A stretch of DNA of 64,000 nucleotides from Promethearchaeati archaeon SRVP18_Atabeyarchaeia-1 (lineage in GTDB: Archaea > Asgardarchaeota > Atabeyarchaeia > Atabeyarchaeales > Atabeyarchaeaceae): contig CP147779.1 of NCBI GenBank assembly GCA_037308085.1, positions 2,080,001-2,144,000 of the forward strand. The letters run 5' to 3'. Made by a program: the position numbers and the translations under genes. Shown here one piece after another: positions 30,382 to 39,114 of this stretch. The notes under the pieces were generated by a model. It had not been told where the DNA came from. It searched no databases and saw only the letters and a list, made by a program, of their open reading frames with translations. Every line of letters starts with the position of its first letter. Position 1 is the first letter of the stretch.

Positions 30382-30663
30382 CTAGGCGCCCTTCAAGAGG
30401 GCACGTTTGATCTCGATGATCACTGACGGGATCTTATGATTCCTGGCACCTTCGCCCGCAGAAAGATCGCACCAAGTGCTCCTAGGGAAGGCGCACCATG
30501 ATGTGCCATCGATCGTGCACCTACGCGTCTTCTCGTTGTAGAACGAGCAGAACTGCAGCCCCTTCGACAATCCGCTTTGCATGATACACGAACCTCCCGA
30601 TACTTTTCTCCCCGAAACCGGTTGCGAATCTCGCATGCATGCCTCCAAATTCGTCTTGGTCAT
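30382..30663 (-). CDS. Small Cys-rich hypothetical protein
   Basis: Six Cys in 93 aa; TATA-like TTTTTATAA upstream; fills the intergenic gap. Confidence 0.4.
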   Translation of the reverse strand: MTKTNLEACMRDSQPVSGRKVSGGSCIMQSGLSKGLQFCSFYNEKTRRCTIDGTSWCAFPRSTWCDLSAGEGARNHKIPSVIIEIKRALLKGA

Positions 30664-30873
30664 GCATTGATCCGCTGTCTGTTTTCTAAAAAATGGAACA
30701 ACTCTTATAAAAAACTATTGGGTATCGGTATTACGTGGATATTCTTACAAGACTCTCTCAATACATACGGTCATTTTCCACCTGTTTTCCCCATCCGCGA
30801 CGCGTCTCAGCGCCCCCTGTCACCGGGACAACCCCACTGGAAGCTATCACCAGTCATTGAGCCAACGGCAGCG

Positions 30874-31425
30874 CTAAATGACCCTCCTCAGCTCCTCGAG
30901 AAAAATGGCGTATGTCTCTGCATCATAAAGGCAGATAACAACTTCCTCCAAACTCCTTCTTCGCCCCCGCAGGAATGACTTGGCAGTAGCGAGCATTATC
31001 TTGGCACATCTAGCTTTTGGAAATCCAAATATGCCCGCCGAGATCGCTGGCAGCGCTACGCTCCTGAGCCCACTTGAATCAGCAAGCTTCAAGCAGTTCA
31101 GTGTCGCACTGCCAAGCTTCTCATCTTCGTTTCCCTCCCCGAACCTTGGCCCGACAGCGTGTATAACGTAACGAGCCTTCAGCTTGCCTCCGGAAGTGAT
31201 TACCGCTCCACCCACAGGGCAGTACCCGATCCTGTCACACTCATCTTGGATTGACTTTCCTCCTCGCCGTAGTACTGCCCCGGCAACACCGCCACCCATC
31301 TGGAGACGTGAGTTTGCCGCGTTCACTATAGCGTCAACATCCAGCTCAGTTATGTCTCCCTTGACGAGCCGCAAGATCGAATTACCTATTCTTAGCACGT
31401 CTTCCGCAACCAACTGATACCCCAC
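30874..31425 (-). CDS. Macro-domain protein (ADP-ribose binding/hydrolase, YmdB-like)
   Basis: GDIT...DAIVNAAN...GGGVAGA, VIHAVGP, PAISAGIFGFP. Confidence 0.93.
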   Translation of the reverse strand: MGYQLVAEDVLRIGNSILRLVKGDITELDVDAIVNAANSRLQMGGGVAGAVLRRGGKSIQDECDRIGYCPVGGAVITSGGKLKARYVIHAVGPRFGEGNEDEKLGSATLNCLKLADSSGLRSVALPAISAGIFGFPKARCAKIMLATAKSFLRGRRRSLEEVVICLYDAETYAIFLEELRRVI

Positions 31426-31451
31426 CGATAAAGCCAGGTCACAAAGTACTG

Positions 31452-32708
31452 TTAGCGAGTCTTCCTGTAGGCCACATAAACCGCGACAAAGAGTAGTGGA
31501 CTCAGGGCCAGCGTCAGCATAAAAGGCAGCTGCCTAGAATATGCGTAGAGGGTTCCCCCCAAGTAAGGCGTCGTAGCCTCAGCCGCATAGACAAATGTCC
31601 CAATTACGCCATAGGTCCTACCCACCCTTCTCCCAGCACTCAGCTCACCTATTGTGCTATATATAAGCGGGAACACTGCCCCGACTGAGCCCAGAAGCAC
31701 AAAACTCACAGGCAGGATTAACGAGTTAGAGTTCGGAACGAGGATCCAATACCCGAGAACAAGTGAAACGATGGGAACGGTCACTAGCGCGAGTTTCCTC
31801 GCTGGAGCGTATTTATCACTGAGTTTTCCGAGCAAGCTCACAATCACAACTGCTGAGAGGTTCGATACTGCATACATTACTTGTACGGAGAAGAAACTGA
31901 ATCCATATTCCTCGCTCAAATATAGAGGAATATAGGACCAACCCAAGTACACGACCCCCATGAAAAGACAGCTTAACGCAACCATCGGCGCAAGCCGCCT
32001 GAGAACGCTGCTCCCTTCGCTTGGTCCACGCTCTTTGCCACTATCGCCCCAACTTCCTCCGGTCCGCAATGTGTCCACGTTGCTTTCACTTGATAGATCG
32101 TCCGCGCCCCGAGCGGAAGCATCTACCTTAGTTGAGAGATCCCCCGGCAGTCTGGGAATCGCCAGAACAATGGCGGTGGATGCAAGATAGAGGATGAATG
32201 CGATGAAGAATATGGTGGTGAATCCGTACGCATCGTAGACCAGCCCGCCGATCAATGGAGATGCAATTAGACCTATTGACCCGGACGAGACTAGTATACC
32301 AAATGAGAGACCACGCTTTCCGGCGGGTGCGGCTTCGCTGGTGTATGACTGGACCGCTGCGACGCCTATCCAGCTTGAGCCAAACAGCGCAACACCTGGA
32401 AGCGCGTATAACCATGAGTTAGAAAGCTCGGCCAGAATAAAGAAGAAAGGAGCGAAAACGGGTAGTAACCATGAAGCTATTACGAGTGTCCTTCTGTGAC
32501 CGGCATCACTAAGAACTCCACCTGGCAGAAGGGTGAGGGCCATCGATGCAGACAGCAATGTCGCTACTAGGCCAATCTGAGGTGGGTTTGCATTCACGGT
32601 TGCCAGGAAGTTCGGAAAGATGTACCCGTAAATTCCATAGCCTAGCGTGAACACCACGTTGGACACGGCGAGTATATAGACAGCCCTCATCCGGCCTTCT
32701 CGCTTCAT
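31452..32708 (-). CDS. MFS transporter (12 TM)
   Basis: GVLSDAGHRR and GKLSDK motif-A loops; ATG 32708 after GGGGT. Confidence 0.85.
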   Translation of the reverse strand: MKREGRMRAVYILAVSNVVFTLGYGIYGYIFPNFLATVNANPPQIGLVATLLSASMALTLLPGGVLSDAGHRRTLVIASWLLPVFAPFFFILAELSNSWLYALPGVALFGSSWIGVAAVQSYTSEAAPAGKRGLSFGILVSSGSIGLIASPLIGGLVYDAYGFTTIFFIAFILYLASTAIVLAIPRLPGDLSTKVDASARGADDLSSESNVDTLRTGGSWGDSGKERGPSEGSSVLRRLAPMVALSCLFMGVVYLGWSYIPLYLSEEYGFSFFSVQVMYAVSNLSAVVIVSLLGKLSDKYAPARKLALVTVPIVSLVLGYWILVPNSNSLILPVSFVLLGSVGAVFPLIYSTIGELSAGRRVGRTYGVIGTFVYAAEATTPYLGGTLYAYSRQLPFMLTLALSPLLFVAVYVAYRKTR

Positions 32709-33086
32709 CCCGGTCAACCCCAGTGTCACATGCGTGCCAAACGCGCGCCCAGAGCCACGATCACTTCGGAAAGGCAGATTAAGCTTATCCTGCCAAAACC
32801 AAGCTGGGAAATAGGTCTCAAAGGAAACAGTTACACGAATCCGCTTAGTATTAGAAGGAGCCCCCAAATATACCGGCGGCTTCGAGCGCTGATGGCTAGT
32901 TCTTTCTCAGAGATCTCCGGGGAATCATTTTCCTGTAGGCTGTCCTCCCTGACGAACCATCTCACCCCAGAATCGATTGTCTATTCTACCAGCCACGTGT
33001 AGGAAGATGACAATCCTGCCAAGCATAATCCAAGAAGACACGCTGAGAAGTAGATGCCAGGCAACTCAGAGTATCCAGTGTTCCCT

Positions 33087-33620
33087 CTAGTTGTGCTGCG
33101 CCCTTTCGGTCATCTTGTTGGCAAGAGCCTTGAAGGCTTCATCTACGCCTGAATCAATTTTCGCAGATGTCTCAACATATGTTGAATCGTATTCTGTCGC
33201 AAATTGAGTGCCTTCTTCGACTGGAACTCCGACTATTCCCTCACCTGGGTTTCTCAAATCCACCTTGTTGCCAACGACTATCATGGGTATCTTGCCGAGT
33301 ATCGCCTGGACTCTCTCGATCCAGTCAACTAGTCGATCCATGGAAGCCTTCCTGGTCACGTCGAAGACGGCCAGCATCCCCTTCGCACCCCTGAAATATA
33401 TGTCTGCAACTTCTTTGAAGTGGGGTTGTCCTCCCAGATCCCAGATCTGGAGGATCATGTCTCCAGCCCCATTTGATATCTTTTTGACTGAGAGGTCGAC
33501 TCCAATGGTCATCTTCATGTCTTGCGCGAAGGCGTCATCCACGTACTGCCTCACAAGGGACGTTTTGCCAACGCCGCCTTCTCCAATGACGATGATCTTG
33601 AAGACATTCCTTCTTATCAT
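33087..33620 (-). CDS. Rab/Ras-like small GTPase
   Basis: G1 GEGGVGKT, G2 TIGVD, G3 WDLGGQ, YFRGA, G4 NKVD, G5 ETSAK; no C-terminal prenylation Cys. Confidence 0.93.
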   Translation of the reverse strand: MIRRNVFKIIVIGEGGVGKTSLVRQYVDDAFAQDMKMTIGVDLSVKKISNGAGDMILQIWDLGGQPHFKEVADIYFRGAKGMLAVFDVTRKASMDRLVDWIERVQAILGKIPMIVVGNKVDLRNPGEGIVGVPVEEGTQFATEYDSTYVETSAKIDSGVDEAFKALANKMTERAQHN

Positions 33621-33623
33621 TGC

Positions 33624-35138
33624 CTACCGTTTCCTCCGCTCATAGAACCATCTGTCGAACCTTCCAGAGACACCCAAGAAGAAAATCAGCGCGCCAAGGA
33701 GAGCAAAGACGGCCCCCAATAGGCCAAGCAGCGAGCCCACGTACGCTATCGGGTCAGGGGTAAAGGCACTTATGACCTCAAGGGGAGAGGCGAATATTAG
33801 GAAAAGGAACCCTATGAAGATTCCCAGAACTCTTCCCCTTCCTCTCTCTTTTGCCTTGCTCATCCTCCGCAACAAGACACCGAACATTGCCCCTGGGGTC
33901 ACCGTTATCGCCAGACCCGCAGCTGCCATAATAATCAGAAACCACACAGGCATTGGATACAACATGATCGATATTATGACAAGTGGCGCAATGACTAGGG
34001 CAGGAGCCAAAATCAGGGATTTGCGGTCCAGAGCATACATGGCCGCAACAAATAGGAACCCACCAGTCAACATTCCAACTGGCAAGGCGATCATGTCGAA
34101 CCAAGGATAACGCGCCCCTGACAAGGCATAGATATCCTGACCCACGACAGACAACAAGAAGTCTAACCCAGCGAAAAATGAGAACAGCGAAAGCGCCAAG
34201 GTTTGTTTCGAACGACTCTCCCTGTATCGCCCATAGACGTACGAGCCACCCAGAATGAATATCATCGCCGCAATAGTCGTCAAGACCAAGCTGGCGACAT
34301 ATAGGAACGGAAACGCTCCAAGAAACAGAAGCAGGATGTAGATCTCCAGGCTCACCACCGGCATGGTAATCGTGTACCCGATGATCTCCCCGCCGATTTT
34401 TCTCTCGGAGTACTGGAAGAACCAGTAGATCAACGACAGCGAGGCGACCCCTATGAAGATCATCATCGGCATAAGTGAGATGAGATCCTGATACAGCGCG
34501 ACGTGACGGAAGTATTCTGGCGGAACTAGGTAGAAGCCAAGATATCCGATGTATTCGGACACCGTACGTGTATAGTAAAAGAAATAGGCATAGTATATGA
34601 TCAGCCCCAAAAACATGCCGAGAGCGGTTTTACGCTTAGTTCTCCTCCAGAGATATCCGAAGAGAACCATCGGTATCAGAAGCAGTAGTGAAACCGTGGC
34701 CACCCATATTGACAGATACGGGTCATCCAGAGGATGTTTTGGTGAGAGTAGTGACAAGGCGTAGGCGATTGCTAGCAGGCCCACAGGCAGCGCGTAGAAC
34801 CGGGGTCTTCTAAGAGAACCAACTACAGCTACAAGAAGAGCGAAGCCAAACAGCGGCATTGCTAACTCGGAGATCAGGTTCCACGGATACAGCGCGTCAA
34901 TAGAAGAAGGAGGAAGGATCGCAGGGGGGGATGGAAGAGCCAGAAATGAGTAGAAGGTAACCAAACTTGAGATCAACCCAAGCAAGAAGGAAAGTGAAAT
35001 AACAAGTGTAGGCGTGAGCGCCGATCTTTGGTCAACCGGGGTCTTACCTACTCTACCCCTATAGAAATTCAGTACAGATACGAAGCTGAATGCAAAGTTG
35101 AATCCCATGATAACTGCAGCAGCAGAAAGCGCATCCAT
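33624..35138 (-). CDS. 15-TM membrane protein with internal 7TM+1+7TM duplication
   Basis: AGGAGA SD before ATG 35138; 15 hydrophobic segments; repeats YPW..AMP/YPW..ALP, PMVLFGYLWRR/PGAMFGVLLRR, ALGMFLG/VLGIFIG. Confidence 0.8.
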   Translation of the reverse strand: MDALSAAAVIMGFNFAFSFVSVLNFYRGRVGKTPVDQRSALTPTLVISLSFLLGLISSLVTFYSFLALPSPPAILPPSSIDALYPWNLISELAMPLFGFALLVAVVGSLRRPRFYALPVGLLAIAYALSLLSPKHPLDDPYLSIWVATVSLLLLIPMVLFGYLWRRTKRKTALGMFLGLIIYYAYFFYYTRTVSEYIGYLGFYLVPPEYFRHVALYQDLISLMPMMIFIGVASLSLIYWFFQYSERKIGGEIIGYTITMPVVSLEIYILLLFLGAFPFLYVASLVLTTIAAMIFILGGSYVYGRYRESRSKQTLALSLFSFFAGLDFLLSVVGQDIYALSGARYPWFDMIALPVGMLTGGFLFVAAMYALDRKSLILAPALVIAPLVIISIMLYPMPVWFLIIMAAAGLAITVTPGAMFGVLLRRMSKAKERGRGRVLGIFIGFLFLIFASPLEVISAFTPDPIAYVGSLLGLLGAVFALLGALIFFLGVSGRFDRWFYERRKR

Positions 35139-35164
35139 TTTCTTGCAGACTCTCCTTTTATGCC

Positions 35165-35557
35165 CTATAGACCCACTTCTGCCCAACTAGCCACCCTATC
35201 TCTTAGGCTGATCTTCTTCGTCACGGCATCCCTGATCTCCATCTCGACTAGTTTGTCCGCGAAGCTATTCTGATGATCCTCTATAATCTTGCAGACCTCA
35301 TGCAGCCGCCACTTGGCATCCTGGTCGCCTTTGTCAGCCACGAGGGCGACATATACGTGCCCATTTGCCTTGATGTGGAACTTGAAGTCCTTTACGTTGA
35401 TCTCCTCGATATCACCCTGTGCGATCTTCTTAGAGAATGACTCCATTGCAGAAAGGAATCCAGTGAGAAGGGTGCTGTCGGCCTCAATGCTTCCGAGTTT
35501 CATGGTTACGAGAGGCTCTCCGTTCTCGCTGAATACATACACATTATGGACTGTCAT
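35165..35557 (-). CDS. Longin-like domain protein
   Basis: VYVFSENGEPL...DSTLLTGFLSAMESFS...IEEI...VYVALVAD pattern typical of Asgard longin-fold proteins. Confidence 0.72.
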   Translation of the reverse strand: MTVHNVYVFSENGEPLVTMKLGSIEADSTLLTGFLSAMESFSKKIAQGDIEEINVKDFKFHIKANGHVYVALVADKGDQDAKWRLHEVCKIIEDHQNSFADKLVEMEIRDAVTKKISLRDRVASWAEVGL

Positions 35558-35605
35558 TCTCTCATCTCCACCCTCGTTGCCTTTCCGTGCAGGTGGGATT
35601 CTCGC

Positions 35606-35857
35606 TCATAGTTCCGCGATCCATTTTCTGGCTTTGTCAAGTCCACCCTCTGTCTTCGGATCAACCAGCGGCTCTGCATCCCTTATCTTGAACTGTCTGT
35701 CAACATAGAGTGCAACATCGTGCTTGCTTGGGCATCTTGCGGGCACAAGTGCCGGAGTGCGCTTAGAATCAAGTATATCTTCCTCCTTGATTATTATCCC
35801 CGTGATCATCGTCTTGCAGACCGGGCAGGGGTACCCAGCAAGTTTTCTTTCAGGCAT
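35606..35857 (-). CDS. Small putative Zn-binding protein
   Basis: CPVC...CPSKH..ALYVDRQFKIR. Confidence 0.7.
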   Translation of the reverse strand: MPERKLAGYPCPVCKTMITGIIIKEEDILDSKRTPALVPARCPSKHDVALYVDRQFKIRDAEPLVDPKTEGGLDKARKWIAEL

Positions 35858-36382
35858 AGCCCAAACAGACCTCTAGCTTCGATGTCTCCCTTTGTAAGAC
35901 GTGTTGATCTTGGAGTTCTGGGTTAGTTTCCTAAGGCAGTTTACTCCTATTACTCACTTATAGGGGATGGTATTTTTAAGATGTTCTGGCTGTGCTCGAT
36001 CCGTGAGCCCTTCTGTTGCGGAGGTCGCATTATTAGAATAAAAATTCGCTGTTGCGACAAGCTGCACTTCAAAGAAAGAAGAGATTCTGCATCCACTTCT
36101 CAGAATTCCCGTACTGCCGATTTCCAGTTCCGCGCAAAAATCGCCGACTGCCCTTCCGCGCGCGTGTTTCCTCCGACATGCGCCCCACGCACCCAGAGTC
36201 AAGCATTCGAACGAACCTAGTTCCGCCTTCATTCTGAACCCAGGACAAAGACCACACACTTATATTCACATGCCTTCACTCAGAGAAGGGAAGTGAGCGA
36301 CTCGCTGCGTATGACCGTCAATGCGAGAAGAGGCATGCCAGAGGAGCATTGCGCTTGAGCCCTTGCCGGAGGAAAGCAGGAA

Positions 36383-37798
36383 TTGGAGAGCCCGCCGAGC
36401 CTTAGAAGAACTGCGCTACTAATCGCTTCGCTGAGTTCCTTTCTTACGCCCTTCATGGGTTCTGCGATAAGCCTAGCGGTCCCACCCATCGCCGCGGAGT
36501 TCAACATGGATGCGGTCTCGCAGGGCTGGATCGTAACAGCCTATCTTCTGGCGGCCGCCATGTTTCTCGTTCCACTAGGAAAAGCAGCAGATATCCACGG
36601 AAGAAAGAAGGTTTACCAATACGGCATAATCCTTGATGCACTTGCAACTATTTTGTGCGCGATATCGTTCTCCTCGCCCTGGCTCATTTCCTTCAGGGTT
36701 CTACAAGGTTTCGGAGACGCAATGATATTCGGCACCAGCTTGGCAATTCTGATCGCCGTCTACCCATTCAGAGACAGGGGGAAAGTTCTTGGCATATCCA
36801 CGGCGGCAACTTACATCGGACTATCCTCTGGACCCTTCATAGGAGGATTCCTCACGCAGAACTTCGGGTGGAGAAGTATCTTCATCTTCATTCTCATTCT
36901 AGACGTAATCATAATCGTTCTACTGTTCTCTTGGCTCAAAGGAGAATGGAGCGGCTCGAAGGGTGACACGTTTGACTGGGGTGGAGCAGCAGTCTATGCC
37001 CTGATGCTTTTCCTGGCAATCTACGGTTTCACGCTCCTGCCACTCGTTCAAGCGTACTGGGTAATCGCAGGAAGCCTCTTGTTTCTCCTATTCTTCGCGC
37101 TTATAGAATCCAAGGTGAAATCTCCCGTATTGGAGCTGAAGCTCTTCAGGCACAACCCGGTATTCGCCTTCTCGAACCTCGCCGCACTCATTAACTACAG
37201 CGCGACATTCGCGGTGACCTTCCTCATGAGCCTCTATCTGGAAGATGTAAGGGGCTTCTCCCCGCAATATGCGGGAGTGATACTCGTGTCGCAGCCAATC
37301 ATCCAAGCGATCTTCTCGCCGATAACGGGTCGCCTATCGGACAGGGTTGAGCCGCGAATTGTCTCCTCCATCGGCATGGCAGTGCTGGTTTTCGGCCTCT
37401 ACCTATTTGTGCCCATAGACAGCTCAACAGATCTACAATTCATCATCGGGAATCTGATGATCCTTGGCTTCGGCTTCGCACTCTTTTCATCCCCAAACAT
37501 GAACGCGATCATGAGCTCGGTTGAAGGAAGATATTATGGGGTCGCCTCTGCAACGGCAGGAACGATGAGGCTTGTCGGCCAGTCGCTAAGCTTGGGGATC
37601 GCAATGCTCTTCTTCGCGCTAATCATCGGTAGAATACTCCCTTCCAACCCGCTCTATCCGGCCCTTCTTGTTAGCAGCATGAGGGCGCTATTCGCCATCT
37701 TCGCCGTGCTATGCTTCATCGGAATATTCGCGTCGCTGGCAAGAGGCAGAGTGAGAAGAGAGAACCAACGCGAAGGCAAAATGAAGGCGCATGATTAA
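36383..37798 (+). CDS. MFS drug:H+ antiporter (14-TM, EmrB/QacA-like)
   Basis: GKAADIHGRKK, GPFIGG...GWRSIF, GRLSDR, SSPNMNAIM. Confidence 0.9.
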   Translation: MESPPSLRRTALLIASLSSFLTPFMGSAISLAVPPIAAEFNMDAVSQGWIVTAYLLAAAMFLVPLGKAADIHGRKKVYQYGIILDALATILCAISFSSPWLISFRVLQGFGDAMIFGTSLAILIAVYPFRDRGKVLGISTAATYIGLSSGPFIGGFLTQNFGWRSIFIFILILDVIIIVLLFSWLKGEWSGSKGDTFDWGGAAVYALMLFLAIYGFTLLPLVQAYWVIAGSLLFLLFFALIESKVKSPVLELKLFRHNPVFAFSNLAALINYSATFAVTFLMSLYLEDVRGFSPQYAGVILVSQPIIQAIFSPITGRLSDRVEPRIVSSIGMAVLVFGLYLFVPIDSSTDLQFIIGNLMILGFGFALFSSPNMNAIMSSVEGRYYGVASATAGTMRLVGQSLSLGIAMLFFALIIGRILPSNPLYPALLVSSMRALFAIFAVLCFIGIFASLARGRVRRENQREGKMKAHD

Positions 37799-37903
37799 CA
37801 GGAACACGCCGACACTCGCGGCGGACTCTCTCCTTCACAGGCACAGTAACCCGAGCATCATTCGAAGAAATCTTATATAGCCAGTCTAACCTAAGAGGAA
37901 ACC

Positions 37904-38311
37904 ATGGCAGTATATCTTGCATCTACTCTGGACCTGATACTCCAATCAGCCGTTCTCGTGATCCTAATCGCTGGCATAGGATTGGAAAAGCGGAATCGCA
38001 AGCTAGGAATGACGCTGCATCACAACTTGATGGCCACTGCGATCCTTCTGAACATTATCGGTTTCATATTAGCAATGCTGCCCTCCATGATCTATTTCCT
38101 CTCAGAGCTTGCAGCGCTTGACGGTACGACACTCTTGCTCGCCATGGTCCATGCAATCTTCGGAGCACTGGGGATAATCTTCGGCGTCGCCTTCGTCGTC
38201 AAGCTCTTGCCAAAGAAACTCCAACTCTGGATGCGTCTTACCGCGCTCTTCTGGTTCGTCGCACTCGCCTTTGGATTCCTGCAGTACTTCCATTTGGCGG
38301 GGGTATTCTGA
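37904..38311 (+). CDS. 4-TM membrane protein (DUF420-like, conserved His)
   Basis: HHNLM...AMLPS...VHAIFG. Confidence 0.6.
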   Translation: MAVYLASTLDLILQSAVLVILIAGIGLEKRNRKLGMTLHHNLMATAILLNIIGFILAMLPSMIYFLSELAALDGTTLLLAMVHAIFGALGIIFGVAFVVKLLPKKLQLWMRLTALFWFVALAFGFLQYFHLAGVF

Positions 38312-38535
38312 GCACCCGGGGCGTCGTCCAGCGGTGGTGCACCTGAAGCACCCACTATTACCTAAGCGAATCAACGTCAGAACTGCCAAGAGAGTTCCGT
38401 ACTCTTCGCACCCTGCAAACTTATCGCCTATATGCCATGCTCGTGAGCCCACGCAAATCCCTAAGGATAGATAAGACTTAATTACGGAATATGTAACATC
38501 TATTCAACGCAAAACCAATATCAAAAACGTGAAAG

Positions 38536-38877
38536 ATGAAGAGGGTGATACTAGTAGTGGCAAAGTCAGATGACAAACCCGCAGCAGATTCTTCAAGGAG
38601 ATTGAGACCAGGAGACCTAGTACAGAGAGTGCCCTGGTCAGAGCTCCGGAAGCAAATGGTAACCTCAATAGGGACGGCTTTCGGCGTACTCATCGGTTTC
38701 GTCTGGACTGGGGTCGTTACACAGGCCTTTACAGCAGCCGGACTGATAGTCGCTGGAAGCGTTACCGGCTGGGGCAGCTGGATTGGAGTTGCATTTGGTG
38801 CTGTCCTTGTGACCATCATCAGTGTTTTCGCCTTGGTAATAATCGCAAGGTACCAGGCAAAGCAACCGCAGAAGTAG
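38536..38877 (+). CDS. Small membrane protein (DUF5654-like)
   Basis: ELRKQMVTSIGTAFGVLIGFVW plus a second TM helix. Confidence 0.55.
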   Translation: MKRVILVVAKSDDKPAADSSRRLRPGDLVQRVPWSELRKQMVTSIGTAFGVLIGFVWTGVVTQAFTAAGLIVAGSVTGWGSWIGVAFGAVLVTIISVFALVIIARYQAKQPQK

Positions 38878-39114
38878 TTCTGGCGAATCCTGAAGCGTTG
38901 GTTGGCCGTAAGGCTAAATGGATTTAAGTCCTTGGCAGAGCGCACTGCATCCATCCCGCCAGCACTTCTTTTTCTTTTTGATCTCATCGTGACGTGAGTT
39001 GTTGCACAATACATAACATCGGTAGCTGACGCGGTTCTGATTGGAGGCAAGTATTTATCCCTTGTAGGCGAACAATCTCTGTTGTGACTAGGTGTGATCA
39101 GGTGATGGAGTGTC

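Noticed and set aside
33624-35138. Microbial rhodopsin
   Set aside because: No retinal-binding Lys in helix 7 of either repeat
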